A stretch of 63,963 bases of DNA, filler included. It is 7 parts of 7 records of this genome, joined end to end, with 100 filler letters (N's around TTAATTAATTAA, not from the genome) between each part and the next. Parts side by side here need not be neighbours in the genome. Positions count along the whole stretch, not along the records: positions 18,436 to 25,447 come from SRR20825010_1944; positions 25,548 to 35,475 come from SRR20825010_1948; 5 more parts are not named here. One strand, 5' to 3'. The translations under genes and the position numbers were made by a program. Positions within the stretch are counted from its first letter, which is position 1; each line of letters begins with the position of its first letter. Of this stretch, positions 21,036 through 30,339 are shown piece by piece. The notes under the pieces are model-generated. The model saw only the letters and a list, made by a program, of their open reading frames with translations. It did no database searches and was not told where the DNA came from.

Positions 21036-23051
21036 ATGTTTAAGAAATACATCCCATTATTAGTTCTTGCTTTGTTCTTTATTTCCTGTCAACCAGCAGA
21101 GAAAAAGGCGGAAGCCGATACCGAAGAGGGTTTTCAATACCTGACCGAACAATTTGCCGATCTTAAGATCATTCGCTACCAGGTTCCTGGGTTTGATCAA
21201 CTCTCACTCGACCAGAAAAAATTGGTTTATTACCTTACACAGGCCGGACTTTCAGGCAGAGATATTATCTGGGATCAGAACTACCGACACAACCTCAAAA
21301 TCAGAAAGGCACTTGAAAACATTGTAAAAACCTACGACGGTGACAAAACAACGGACGATTGGAACAGTTTTATGACTTACATGAAACGAATCTGGTTTTC
21401 GAATGGAATTCACCACCATTATGGAATGGAAAAATTCACTCCATCCTTCACAAAAGAGTATTTTGCCAGTTTGCTAGATGCAACCGGAACGGCATTGGAT
21501 GATGCCCTCATTGATGTAATCTTCAATCCCGAAGTGGATGCTAAAAAAGTGAATTTAGATCCCGACAAAGGACTTTTACTTGGCTCTGCAACCAATTTTT
21601 ACGATCCGGATATTACAGAAGATGAATTAGATGCCTACTATGCTGGGATCATGGATAAAACCACCAACGAACCTATTTCCTATGGTTTGAATTCCAAATT
21701 GGTGCGTGGTTCGGACGGTAAATTGAAAGAAGAAGTTTGGAAGGCCGACGGCATGTATGGTCCAGCCATTCAGCAAATCATCGGCTGGCTTGAGAAAGCA
21801 ACTACAGTGGCAGAAAATGAACCTCAGAAAAAGGCATTGGAGCTGCTAATCGACTATTATAAAACGGGTGACCTGAAAACCTGGGACGAATACAACATCG
21901 TCTGGACAGGTGCCACGGATGGTGACATTGACTACATCAATGGATTCATAGAGGTCTACAATGATCCAAAAGGGTATCGTGGATCTTACGAAAGCATTAT
22001 TCAAATCAATGATTTTGAAGCATCCGCCAGAATGAAAGTACTGGCTGATAATGTGCAGTGGTTTGAGGACAATTCACCAATTATGGATGCGCACAAGAAG
22101 GCGAACGTGACTGGTGTAAGTTATAAAGTGGTGACTGTTGCTGGTGAATCGGGTGACGCCTCCCCTTCCACCCCTATCGGCGTGAACCTTCCCAATGCCA
22201 ACTGGATTCGTGCGAAACATGGCTCTAAGTCGGTAAGCCTTGGTAACATTACTGATGCTTATGCGAAGGCCGGAACCAAAGGATCTTTGGACGAATTTGC
22301 CTGGGACGAAGCTGAAATTGCCCGCGCGAAAGAACATGGTGATTTGGGTGATAAAATGCACACAGCGCTACACGAGGTAATTGGTCATGCCTCAGGACAA
22401 ATAGAACCAGGTGTAGGCACGCCAAAAGAAACATTGAAGAGCTATCGCTCTACACTGGAGGAAGCGCGAGCTGATCTCGTTGCGCTCTATTATATCATGG
22501 ATGAGAAGTTGGTTGAACTTGGCCTGATCCCTTCGCTTGAAGTTGGAAAAGAGGAATATGACAGCTATATCCGAAATGGTTTGATGTTGCAGCTAAGAAG
22601 GTTGGAAGCGGGCAAGGAAATCGAAGAAGCGCACATGCGTAACCGTCAGGCAATCGCTAAATGGGCGTTTGAAAAAGGTAAGGCCGACAATGTAATTGAA
22701 CAAAAAACGAGAGATGGAAAGACCTATTTTGTAATCAATGATTATGCAAAGTTGAGAACATTGTTTGGTGAGTTGCTTCGCGAAATCCAACGCATCAAAT
22801 CAAAGGGTGATTATGAAGCGGGTCGTGCGCTAATTGAGACGTACGGTGTGAAAGTAGATGCAGACGTACATGCGGAAGTTCTGGAAAGATATGCCAAACT
22901 CAAGTCTGCCCCTTATGGTGGATTCATCAATCCAGAGTTGGTGCCGGTTACCGATGAAACCGGTGCAATTACGGATGTGAAAGTGGAATATCCGACGGAC
23001 TTCACCAGGCAAATGCTGGACTACAGCGATCGGTATTCGTTTTTGGATTAA
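21036..23051 (+). CDS. Dipeptidyl peptidase III (M49) lipoprotein
   Basis: Lipobox FISC; hexapeptide zinc motif HEVIGH; EEARAD; EAHMRNR; PIGVNLPN. Confidence 0.92.
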   Translation: MFKKYIPLLVLALFFISCQPAEKKAEADTEEGFQYLTEQFADLKIIRYQVPGFDQLSLDQKKLVYYLTQAGLSGRDIIWDQNYRHNLKIRKALENIVKTYDGDKTTDDWNSFMTYMKRIWFSNGIHHHYGMEKFTPSFTKEYFASLLDATGTALDDALIDVIFNPEVDAKKVNLDPDKGLLLGSATNFYDPDITEDELDAYYAGIMDKTTNEPISYGLNSKLVRGSDGKLKEEVWKADGMYGPAIQQIIGWLEKATTVAENEPQKKALELLIDYYKTGDLKTWDEYNIVWTGATDGDIDYINGFIEVYNDPKGYRGSYESIIQINDFEASARMKVLADNVQWFEDNSPIMDAHKKANVTGVSYKVVTVAGESGDASPSTPIGVNLPNANWIRAKHGSKSVSLGNITDAYAKAGTKGSLDEFAWDEAEIARAKEHGDLGDKMHTALHEVIGHASGQIEPGVGTPKETLKSYRSTLEEARADLVALYYIMDEKLVELGLIPSLEVGKEEYDSYIRNGLMLQLRRLEAGKEIEEAHMRNRQAIAKWAFEKGKADNVIEQKTRDGKTYFVINDYAKLRTLFGELLREIQRIKSKGDYEAGRALIETYGVKVDADVHAEVLERYAKLKSAPYGGFINPELVPVTDETGAITDVKVEYPTDFTRQMLDYSDRYSFLD

Positions 23052-23077
23052 TCCCTGAAATCAATAAATAATACTTC

Positions 23078-23112
23078 AAAAGTCGGTGGGTTGCGAACTC
23101 ATCGACTTTTTT
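23078..23112 (+). terminator. Rho-independent terminator
   Basis: AAAAGTCGGTGGGTT/AACTCATCGACTTTTTT hairpin with T tract. Confidence 0.8.
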
Positions 23113-23178
23113 GTTGACACATCTACTTTGAACAGAAAACAGAAAAATTTTGTTTGAACATTTATAAACCGAAGCGTT

Positions 23179-24426
23179 ATGAATGTTTACACCTTCATTA
23201 CCCCCATTGTTTTGGTGCTGCTACTCGCAGAGATCATCTATAGCGTCAAAGTCAAAAAGAATTACTACAATTTCCAGGATACCGTAACCAACCTCGCCAC
23301 AGGCATAGGCAACCAATGCGTGAATCTCGCTGTGGCCTTTTTTGTTTATCGGTGGTATGGATTGCTGTATGAGCTGACCCCACTTCGAATTCCAAATACC
23401 TGGTATTTTCTGGCTTTACTCCTGATTCTTCAGGATTTCGTTTTTTACTGGTTTCACCGAATCGGTCACACCATCAACATCTTTTGGGCAGCCCACATGC
23501 CTCATCATTCTTCTGAGGAACTTAATTTGTCCGTTGGCATTCGGGCCAGTTTTACTCAGCGTTTGTTTCAATTCTTGTTTTTTGACTGGATATTGGTATT
23601 AATCGGATTCTCACCAGAGGCAGTGTATGCCATGGCCGCTGTACATTTGTTACTTGCGTACTGGCACCACACGCAGGTAATCAAGCGACTCGGATGGTTC
23701 GAGAAGTATTTTGTGACTCCTTCGCATCACCGGGTGCATCATGGAGTTAACCCGCAATACATTGACAAAAATTATTCGGAGTTTTTGATCATCTGGGACA
23801 AGATGTTTGGAACCTATGAAGAAGAGGTGGAAGAAATATGTTACGGCGTAACCCATCCCCCGCGAACCTGGGATCCTATTTTTGTTAATTTCCAATATTG
23901 GAAACAGCTTTGGGACGATGCGGTGGCGGCACCCTACTGGTGGGATAAGTTTCGTCTTTGGTTCATGCCACTTGGCTGGCGGCCAAGGGGATTGGAAACA
24001 GAAAAAAAGGAAAGAATTGGGTATACCAAAGCAGAACAAACGAAGTTTCAAAGCACACAATTCAAAAACCTCAAACCCTACATGATTGCCCATGTGGCCA
24101 TTGCTTTGATTTTCCTGATGCCAACCATTAATTTGAATCTGCCTTTTTCCGGTTGGGACCGATTGATTCTTTCCGCTGGTATATTTATGGCAATTATCAG
24201 TTGGGGTGGTTTGATGCAGGCAAAAAACTGGTCCATTCCATTTGAAATCTTTCGCACACTTTTTATGGCCGCCACAATGATTGTAATTCTTGATAAAAAC
24301 GAAATGGCTAATTGGACAGATTGGCCAACCATCCTGATACTGACTGTAACGGGAATCAGCATTCTGCATTTTTCTTTCAAAATCAAAAAAGGTGACTTGG
24401 AAGGTTCCGTTTTTACGCTAAGCTGA
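23179..24426 (+). CDS. Sterol desaturase family / alkylglycerol monooxygenase-like membrane di-iron enzyme
   Basis: His boxes YWFHRIGH, HMPHHSSEE, WHH and HHRVHH; C-terminal TM extension. Confidence 0.85.
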   Translation: MNVYTFITPIVLVLLLAEIIYSVKVKKNYYNFQDTVTNLATGIGNQCVNLAVAFFVYRWYGLLYELTPLRIPNTWYFLALLLILQDFVFYWFHRIGHTINIFWAAHMPHHSSEELNLSVGIRASFTQRLFQFLFFDWILVLIGFSPEAVYAMAAVHLLLAYWHHTQVIKRLGWFEKYFVTPSHHRVHHGVNPQYIDKNYSEFLIIWDKMFGTYEEEVEEICYGVTHPPRTWDPIFVNFQYWKQLWDDAVAAPYWWDKFRLWFMPLGWRPRGLETEKKERIGYTKAEQTKFQSTQFKNLKPYMIAHVAIALIFLMPTINLNLPFSGWDRLILSAGIFMAIISWGGLMQAKNWSIPFEIFRTLFMAATMIVILDKNEMANWTDWPTILILTVTGISILHFSFKIKKGDLEGSVFTLS

Positions 24427-24440
24427 ACAACGGCTTTTAT

Positions 24441-24968
24441 TCAATAGATAATCAGTGATTGTATCTCCTGATGATATGGGGTAAGTACCTCCCGACCATT
24501 GAGAAAGCCTAATTCTATAATAAAGGAAAATCCGACAACCTCTCCTCCTGCTTTGGTGACTAACTCGGACGCTGCAGCCGCTGACCCACCTGTCGCCAGC
24601 AGATCATCGTGAATCATGATCTTTTGACCTTTTTTCACGGCATCTATGTGCATTTCTATTTCGGCAGAACCGTACTCCAGGTCATAGGCGTGATTGATGG
24701 TTTCGTATGGAAGTTTACCTGCTTTCCTAATCGGAATAAATGGAATACCCAGTTGCATGGCCAAATGAGGGCCAAACAAAAAACCACGGCTTTCTACTCC
24801 CGCTATACCATCAAGTCCTTTGTCCTTCCAATAGGAAACAAACGCTTCGCAGACATCACTTGAAAGCCTGGCGTCTGATAAAATGGGCGTGATGTCTTTG
24901 AATTGTATTCCCGGTTTTGGGAAGTCGGGAACATTTCGGATGGCTTCAGCCAATCGGGTTTTTAACAT
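24441..24968 (-). CDS. apt: Adenine phosphoribosyltransferase
   Basis: PDFPKPGIQFKDITP, ESRGF, RKAGKLP, DDLLATGG. Confidence 0.96.
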   Translation of the reverse strand: MLKTRLAEAIRNVPDFPKPGIQFKDITPILSDARLSSDVCEAFVSYWKDKGLDGIAGVESRGFLFGPHLAMQLGIPFIPIRKAGKLPYETINHAYDLEYGSAEIEMHIDAVKKGQKIMIHDDLLATGGSAAAASELVTKAGGEVVGFSFIIELGFLNGREVLTPYHQEIQSLIIY

Positions 24969-24969
24969 A

Positions 24970-25446
24970 TTATTCGAATCTCAGTGCGTCTATTGGATCC
25001 AGCTTGGATGCCTTATAGGCTGGCAAATATCCTGAAATTAAACCTACGATCATACCGATAGTCACACCAAATGCAATCCAAAGCCAGGGAATAATGAATG
25101 CGCCATCGATCAGTTTGGATGTGAGGTTTCCAATTGCAATTCCGAAAATGATCCCCGCAGCACCACCAATCTGGCAAATAACCAGTGCTTCAATTAAGAA
25201 CTGTTGGCGAATTTTGAGTGGTGTAGCACCTAATGCTTTCCGAACACCAATTTCACGGGTTCTTTCGGTTACGGATACCAGCATGATGTTCATCAAACCA
25301 ATCGATGCGCCAATCAGGGTAATAAAACCAATAGAAAACCCTCCAATTCGTAGATAGCCTGTTATTTCCCCAAGACTCTCGGCCAGCGATTTGTTGCGTT
25401 TTATTTCGAATGAATTTTCTTGTTTAACAGGATCGCGGCGTATTGC
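24970..25446 (-). CDS. MacB/FtsX-like ABC permease, C-terminal part (5' truncated)
   Basis: MNIMLVSVTERTREIGVRKALGA...QFLIEA...PA.KASKLDPIDALRFE. Confidence 0.9.
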   Translation of the reverse strand, partial: AIRRDPVKQENSFEIKRNKSLAESLGEITGYLRIGGFSIGFITLIGASIGLMNIMLVSVTERTREIGVRKALGATPLKIRQQFLIEALVICQIGGAAGIIFGIAIGNLTSKLIDGAFIIPWLWIAFGVTIGMIVGLISGYLPAYKASKLDPIDALRFE

Positions 25447-25447
25447 C

Positions 25448-25547
25448 NNNNNNNNNNNNNNNNNNNNNNNNNNNNNNNNNNNNNNNNNNNNTTAATTAAT
25501 TAANNNNNNNNNNNNNNNNNNNNNNNNNNNNNNNNNNNNNNNNNNNN
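25448..25547. other. Artificial contig spacer
   Basis: N44-TTAATTAATTAA-N44. Confidence 0.98.
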
Positions 25548-25666
25548 CATTACAGGCGTGTCACTGCCTGTTTCGGGGGGGATACCTGCGAACCTGTAAC
25601 ATCAGGCCCACATGGAACCAAAAAAGTAAAAAACCAAAGTACCACATTCAATAAAGGGAGAAAATC

Positions 25667-26860
25667 ATGTCAATGAAGAAGATTATAGGCATTACAAGCG
25701 GGGCGCTTCTTGCCCTGTTCAGTGCACAGACAGCATTTGCCGACGAGACCCTAAAGGTCGGCGTTTCCGCTCCGATGTCGGGTGCCGCAGCGGCCTGGGG
25801 CCTTGGCTTTGAATATGCGGCGGAGCAGGCGGTCGAAAAGGTCAATTCCGAAGGCGGCATCAAGGCCGGCGGCAAGACCTACATGCTGGAACTACATGCC
25901 TATGACAACAAGTACAACGCCGCCGAAGGCGCCAAGACGGCCCAGACCATGCTGAACCGTGAAAAAATCAAATTCATCGTCGGCAGCATTGGCACGGCGC
26001 CCGTGCGCGCGACGCAGGCTCTGTCCGAGCGCCAGGGCGTGCTGCTGTTCAATACGGGCTGGGGCAAGAGCATCAAGGGACCGGACTATCCGCTCACCTT
26101 TACGCAGATGAACACCCCGTTTGAAATTCTCGCGCCCTTCTTCGGCTACATCAAGGAACAGCATCCCGAACTGAAGACGGTCGCGATGATCACTCCCAAC
26201 GATGCGACTGGTCAGGAAGTGGAGCCTGTGGCCGTCAAGTCCTGGAATGATCTCGGCGTTGAAGTCGTTTCCACGGATCGGTACGAGCGGGGCACAACCG
26301 AATTTCAATCCATCGCGACAAAAATCGCCAACAGCAAGCCCGATGGCGTTGACTTCGGTGCGGCTCCTCCTGCGGATGTCGGCTCCATCATGAAGGCGCT
26401 GGACGTGCTGGGCTGGAACGGTGTCAAGATTGTGGCGCCGGGCACCTCGGCCGGCACGCTGAGCAAGATGGCAGGCGGCGCGGCTGAAGGCACTTATCTC
26501 GGCGCTTCCGCCGACTTCCAGGGCGATTCCGCCAGCGAAACCCAGCGCAAGCTGAATGAAGGCGCCATCGCCAAGCTGGGCGAATCCTTGAACGGCATCA
26601 CTATTTCAAGCTATGACGCGGTCATGGCGCTGAAAAAGGCGATTGAGACAGCGGACAGCATCGACCCGAAAAAGGTCGCTGAAACCCTGCCGACAATCAT
26701 TTTTGAATCCTCCTACGGCCCGGCTGCTTTTGGCGGCACGAATGTCTATGGCTCGCCGCAGCAGATCCTGATCCCGGTCATGATCACGCAGGTCAAGGAC
26801 GGAAAGGCCGTGGAAGTCGGGCGCGTTGCTCCGGAAGAGCTTAAAGAACGCCTTAAGTAA
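25667..26860 (+). CDS. Liv-type (HAAT) ABC substrate-binding protein
   Basis: Signal peptide, KVGVSAPMSGAAAAWG, VN.EGGI; first gene of a livKHMGF-like operon. Confidence 0.9.
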   Translation: MSMKKIIGITSGALLALFSAQTAFADETLKVGVSAPMSGAAAAWGLGFEYAAEQAVEKVNSEGGIKAGGKTYMLELHAYDNKYNAAEGAKTAQTMLNREKIKFIVGSIGTAPVRATQALSERQGVLLFNTGWGKSIKGPDYPLTFTQMNTPFEILAPFFGYIKEQHPELKTVAMITPNDATGQEVEPVAVKSWNDLGVEVVSTDRYERGTTEFQSIATKIANSKPDGVDFGAAPPADVGSIMKALDVLGWNGVKIVAPGTSAGTLSKMAGGAAEGTYLGASADFQGDSASETQRKLNEGAIAKLGESLNGITISSYDAVMALKKAIETADSIDPKKVAETLPTIIFESSYGPAAFGGTNVYGSPQQILIPVMITQVKDGKAVEVGRVAPEELKERLK

Positions 26861-26877
26861 AACCGAAGAAAAAAAGT

Positions 26878-26911
26878 GATACGCCAGCCAGATTCCAAAA
26901 GCTGGCGTATC
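26878..26911 (+). terminator. Intercistronic hairpin after the SBP gene
   Basis: GATACGCCAGC/GCTGGCGTATC 11-bp stem; no T tract, so more likely an mRNA-stabilising hairpin. Confidence 0.55.
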
Positions 26912-26945
26912 CTCAATCTGGCCTTGCAATGACCGGACCATATCA

Positions 26946-27830
26946 ATGGAACTACAAGTACAGCTTCTTATGAACACGTTGCAGATCGGCTCGGTTTATG
27001 TGCTGTTTGCGCTTGGACTGACCCTGATTTTCGGCGTTATGAAAATCGTCAATTTCGCCCATGGTACCTTTTTCACCGCGGCGGCGCTCATTGTCTCCTC
27101 GGTGATGATCTGGGGCGTCGGCACGATGGGATTGTCCATCTGGTTTTCCTACCTGCTGGCGTTTTTCCTGGCGCTTGTGGTTGTCTGTCTCATCGGTTTT
27201 GTCGTTTATATCTTCGGATTCCAGTATTTCCTCAAAGATCTCAACGGCTCCTTCATCCTGTCGATCGGACTACTGCTGCTGCTGAACGGCACTTTCCTGA
27301 TCCTCTATGGCGGCGTGCCGCGCTCCATTCCCGATGTCATCCCCGGCAATGTCTCCTTTCTCGGCGCCAGCCTCACCCTCCAGAGACTGGTGCTGATGAT
27401 CGTCGCAAGCGTCATTACGCTGGGTCTTTATATTCTCGTCCACCGGACAAAGCTCGGACTCAGCCTACGCGCCGTTGCCGAGGATCAGGAAGCGGCGATG
27501 CTGCAAGGCATCCCGTTCCGTCGGGTCGCGCTTTACGGGTTTCTCATCGGCGCAACGCTGGCCGCCTGCGCCGGCGCCCTGATGGCGACCGTCACACCGG
27601 TCACCACTGTCATCGGCGATGATTTTCTCGTCAAGGCCTTCATCATCATCATTATCGGCGGGCTCGGCAGTGTCGTCGGCGCCATTATCGGCGGGCTGCT
27701 GATCGCCCTGATCGAAAGCTTCGGCGGTTATTATTTCGACCCGTCCACGGCGACGCTTGCCATGTTTGTGCTGGTCGTTGTTCTGCTTATTGTCCGTCCA
27801 CAGGGGATTTTGGGTCATGCTGAGAAGTAA
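26946..27830 (+). CDS. Liv-type ABC permease (LivH-like)
   Basis: ALGLTLIFGVMKIVNFAHG, LRAVAED..AA.LQGI, IIGGLGS. Confidence 0.92.
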   Translation: MELQVQLLMNTLQIGSVYVLFALGLTLIFGVMKIVNFAHGTFFTAAALIVSSVMIWGVGTMGLSIWFSYLLAFFLALVVVCLIGFVVYIFGFQYFLKDLNGSFILSIGLLLLLNGTFLILYGGVPRSIPDVIPGNVSFLGASLTLQRLVLMIVASVITLGLYILVHRTKLGLSLRAVAEDQEAAMLQGIPFRRVALYGFLIGATLAACAGALMATVTPVTTVIGDDFLVKAFIIIIIGGLGSVVGAIIGGLLIALIESFGGYYFDPSTATLAMFVLVVVLLIVRPQGILGHAEK

Positions 27831-28752
27831 TCCGGGGCTTGCCCTTTGCATTCTGATCGCCCTTGCTGCGATCTGCTTTGCTCTTTTTAGCGGCGATCCC
27901 TACTATGTACAGGTCGTCATCTGGGTCTTTGCCAATGCCGTGCTGGCAGTCACGCTCCGCTTTGTGCTGCTGATCGGCGAGCTGAATATCGCCACGGCCG
28001 CCTTCTTCGGCATCGGCGCCTATACGACGGCGGTGGCCGCCACCATATTTGAGTGGCCCTTTATCATCTCGCTGCTGGCCGCGCCGGTCATGGCCGGCCT
28101 TGTCAGCGCGCTGTTCGGCTGGGTCACCCTCCGGACCAAGGGCCCCTATTTCCTGCTGATTTCCTTTGCCTTCACCGAGATTGTCCGGCTGTTCTATACA
28201 AAGTCGGAATTTCTCGGCGGCAATTCCGGCATGATCGGCATGTTCCCGCCGATGGCGCTGAACGACTATTATCCGGCCATCGCCATTAGCATTCTGGCGG
28301 CGATCCTGTTCGGCCTGTATTTGACGGAACGGTCCAATCTCGGACGGGTGTTCAAGGCCATCCAGAACAATGAGGATATTCCCCGCTCCGTCGGGCTCAA
28401 CGTCATCGCCCTCAAAATCCTCTGTTTCGTTATCGCTTCCACGGCAGTAGGTCTTGCGGGCGGCATCCATGCTTATACGAACAGCGTTATTGCCCCAGCG
28501 GACTTTACCTTCTTTGTTGCGGTTCTCGCCCTCGCCTATGTCAAGATCGGCGGCGAAGGCCATATCATTGGCCCTATTATTGGGGCGGCTACCCTGACGC
28601 TGGCTGGTCAATTCCTACACAGCTTCGGGCCCTATGAGAATATTTTCTACGGCGCCATTATCATTGGCGTCCTGCTCCTCATGCCCGGAGGGATCATCGG
28701 GCTCGGTAAAGGTTTCATAGGCAGCTCAACCGTGAGGAGGGACCCGCATTGA
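27817..28752 (+). CDS. Liv-type ABC permease (LivM-like)
   Basis: [28 protein letters not shown]; start placed at ATG 27817. Confidence 0.9.
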   Translation: MLRSNPGLALCILIALAAICFALFSGDPYYVQVVIWVFANAVLAVTLRFVLLIGELNIATAAFFGIGAYTTAVAATIFEWPFIISLLAAPVMAGLVSALFGWVTLRTKGPYFLLISFAFTEIVRLFYTKSEFLGGNSGMIGMFPPMALNDYYPAIAISILAAILFGLYLTERSNLGRVFKAIQNNEDIPRSVGLNVIALKILCFVIASTAVGLAGGIHAYTNSVIAPADFTFFVAVLALAYVKIGGEGHIIGPIIGAATLTLAGQFLHSFGPYENIFYGAIIIGVLLLMPGGIIGLGKGFIGSSTVRRDPH

Positions 28753-29522
28753 CCAGTAGCGAGACAACCATGCATTCTTCTGACACTGGCACCGCCGCAG
28801 GAAAAGTTCTGCTAAAGGCTGAGCGGCTTGAACGTAAATTCGGCGGCCTGACGGCCGTTGCGGATTTCAGTTTCGAACTCAGGGAAGGCGAAATACTGGG
28901 TCTTATCGGTCCCAACGGTGCCGGCAAGAGCACAACCTTCAATCTGATCAGCGGCTTCATGCCGCCGACTTCGGGTCAGCTATTCTTTCTGGATGAGAAT
29001 ATTACCAGTAAGAACGCCACCTATATCAGCCGCAAGGGTCTGATCCGAACCTTTCAACATGAAAGCCTGCTCAGCGAAATGTCGGTCGCGGACAATATCA
29101 TTATCGCAACGACACACCGCCTGAAAACCACCGCAGCGCGGCAGGAAAAAATGCGAAAAATAGCGGGTCTGACGGGTCTTGAAAACTATCTTGATGTCCC
29201 GGCGGGTAGCCTGCCGCACGGCTTGCAGCGCATGCTGAGCATTGCCATCGCCCTTGCTGCGGAACCGAAGGTGCTGTGCCTTGACGAGCCCCTCACCGGG
29301 CTTCAGGGGGTGGAGGTCAGCGCCGCACTGGACCTATTCGAAATGATCCGCAGCAAACTGGGAATAACCATCCTGCTTGTGGAGCATAACATGCGGGCTG
29401 TCATGCGGATTTGCGACAGGATCCTGGTACTCAATCACGGGCGACTTCTTGCCGCAGGCACGCCGGAAGAAGTCAGCCAGAACGAACTTGTCATTGAAGC
29501 CTATCTTGGACATAAAAAATGA
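28749..29522 (+). CDS. Liv-type ABC ATPase (LivG-like)
   Basis: [30 protein letters not shown]. Confidence 0.92.
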   Translation: MTSSETTMHSSDTGTAAGKVLLKAERLERKFGGLTAVADFSFELREGEILGLIGPNGAGKSTTFNLISGFMPPTSGQLFFLDENITSKNATYISRKGLIRTFQHESLLSEMSVADNIIIATTHRLKTTAARQEKMRKIAGLTGLENYLDVPAGSLPHGLQRMLSIAIALAAEPKVLCLDEPLTGLQGVEVSAALDLFEMIRSKLGITILLVEHNMRAVMRICDRILVLNHGRLLAAGTPEEVSQNELVIEAYLGHKK

Positions 29523-30241
29523 ACCAATCGAATGACATTTTATCCATCGACGACCTCTATGTGAGCTATGGCGGGGTACCCGCGCTCGAAGGGGTGAGCC
29601 TGTCGGTGAAGCAGGGCCAGATCACAACGATTATCGGCGCAAACGGCGCGGGGAAGACGACGCTGATGAAGGCGGTCGCAGGCCTGCTGACCCCGGCAAA
29701 GGGGAAGATCGACTTTCAGGGAGATGATATCACGGGCCTGTCACCCGCCCAGACGGTCTCCAAGGGGCTGACCCTCGTCCCGGAAGGGCGTCGGCTGTTT
29801 CCAACGATGAGCATCCGCGACAACCTGATGTCCGGGGCCTATATCCGGACGGATAAGGACGCCATCCAGAAAGATATGGAAACCGTTCTCGACTATTTTC
29901 CGGTCCTGAAGGATCGCCTGAGCATGCCGGCAAACTCCTTAAGCGGCGGACAGCAGCAGATGCTCGCCGTCGGGCGCGCCCTGATGGCCTCGCCCAAACT
30001 TCTCATGCTTGATGAACCCTCCATCGGGCTTGCGCCGACCATCGTGGAGACGATCGGCAATATCATCCAGACCATCTCCCGCAATGGCGTGGACATCCTG
30101 CTGGTGGAGCAGAATGCGCATATGGCGCTGGAACTCGCCGATCAGGCCTATGTACTGGAAAACGGCAAGATCACCCTGACCGGCAAAGGGCAGGAACTCA
30201 TCCAGAACGACAAGGTGCGAGAGGCGTATCTGGGCCTCTGA
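29519..30241 (+). CDS. Liv-type ABC ATPase (LivF-like)
   Basis: GANGAGKTT, VPEGRRLF, LSGGQQQM, LDEPSIGLAP, VEQN. Confidence 0.93.
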   Translation: MNQSNDILSIDDLYVSYGGVPALEGVSLSVKQGQITTIIGANGAGKTTLMKAVAGLLTPAKGKIDFQGDDITGLSPAQTVSKGLTLVPEGRRLFPTMSIRDNLMSGAYIRTDKDAIQKDMETVLDYFPVLKDRLSMPANSLSGGQQQMLAVGRALMASPKLLMLDEPSIGLAPTIVETIGNIIQTISRNGVDILLVEQNAHMALELADQAYVLENGKITLTGKGQELIQNDKVREAYLGL

Positions 30242-30339
30242 CCGGAAATTTCAGTTTAAGAGGGCTTGAATATATTCATCACGTAATTCTGTATTTACCA
30301 CAAGGCAACGTGACGATATCCCACAGACTACACATGAAA

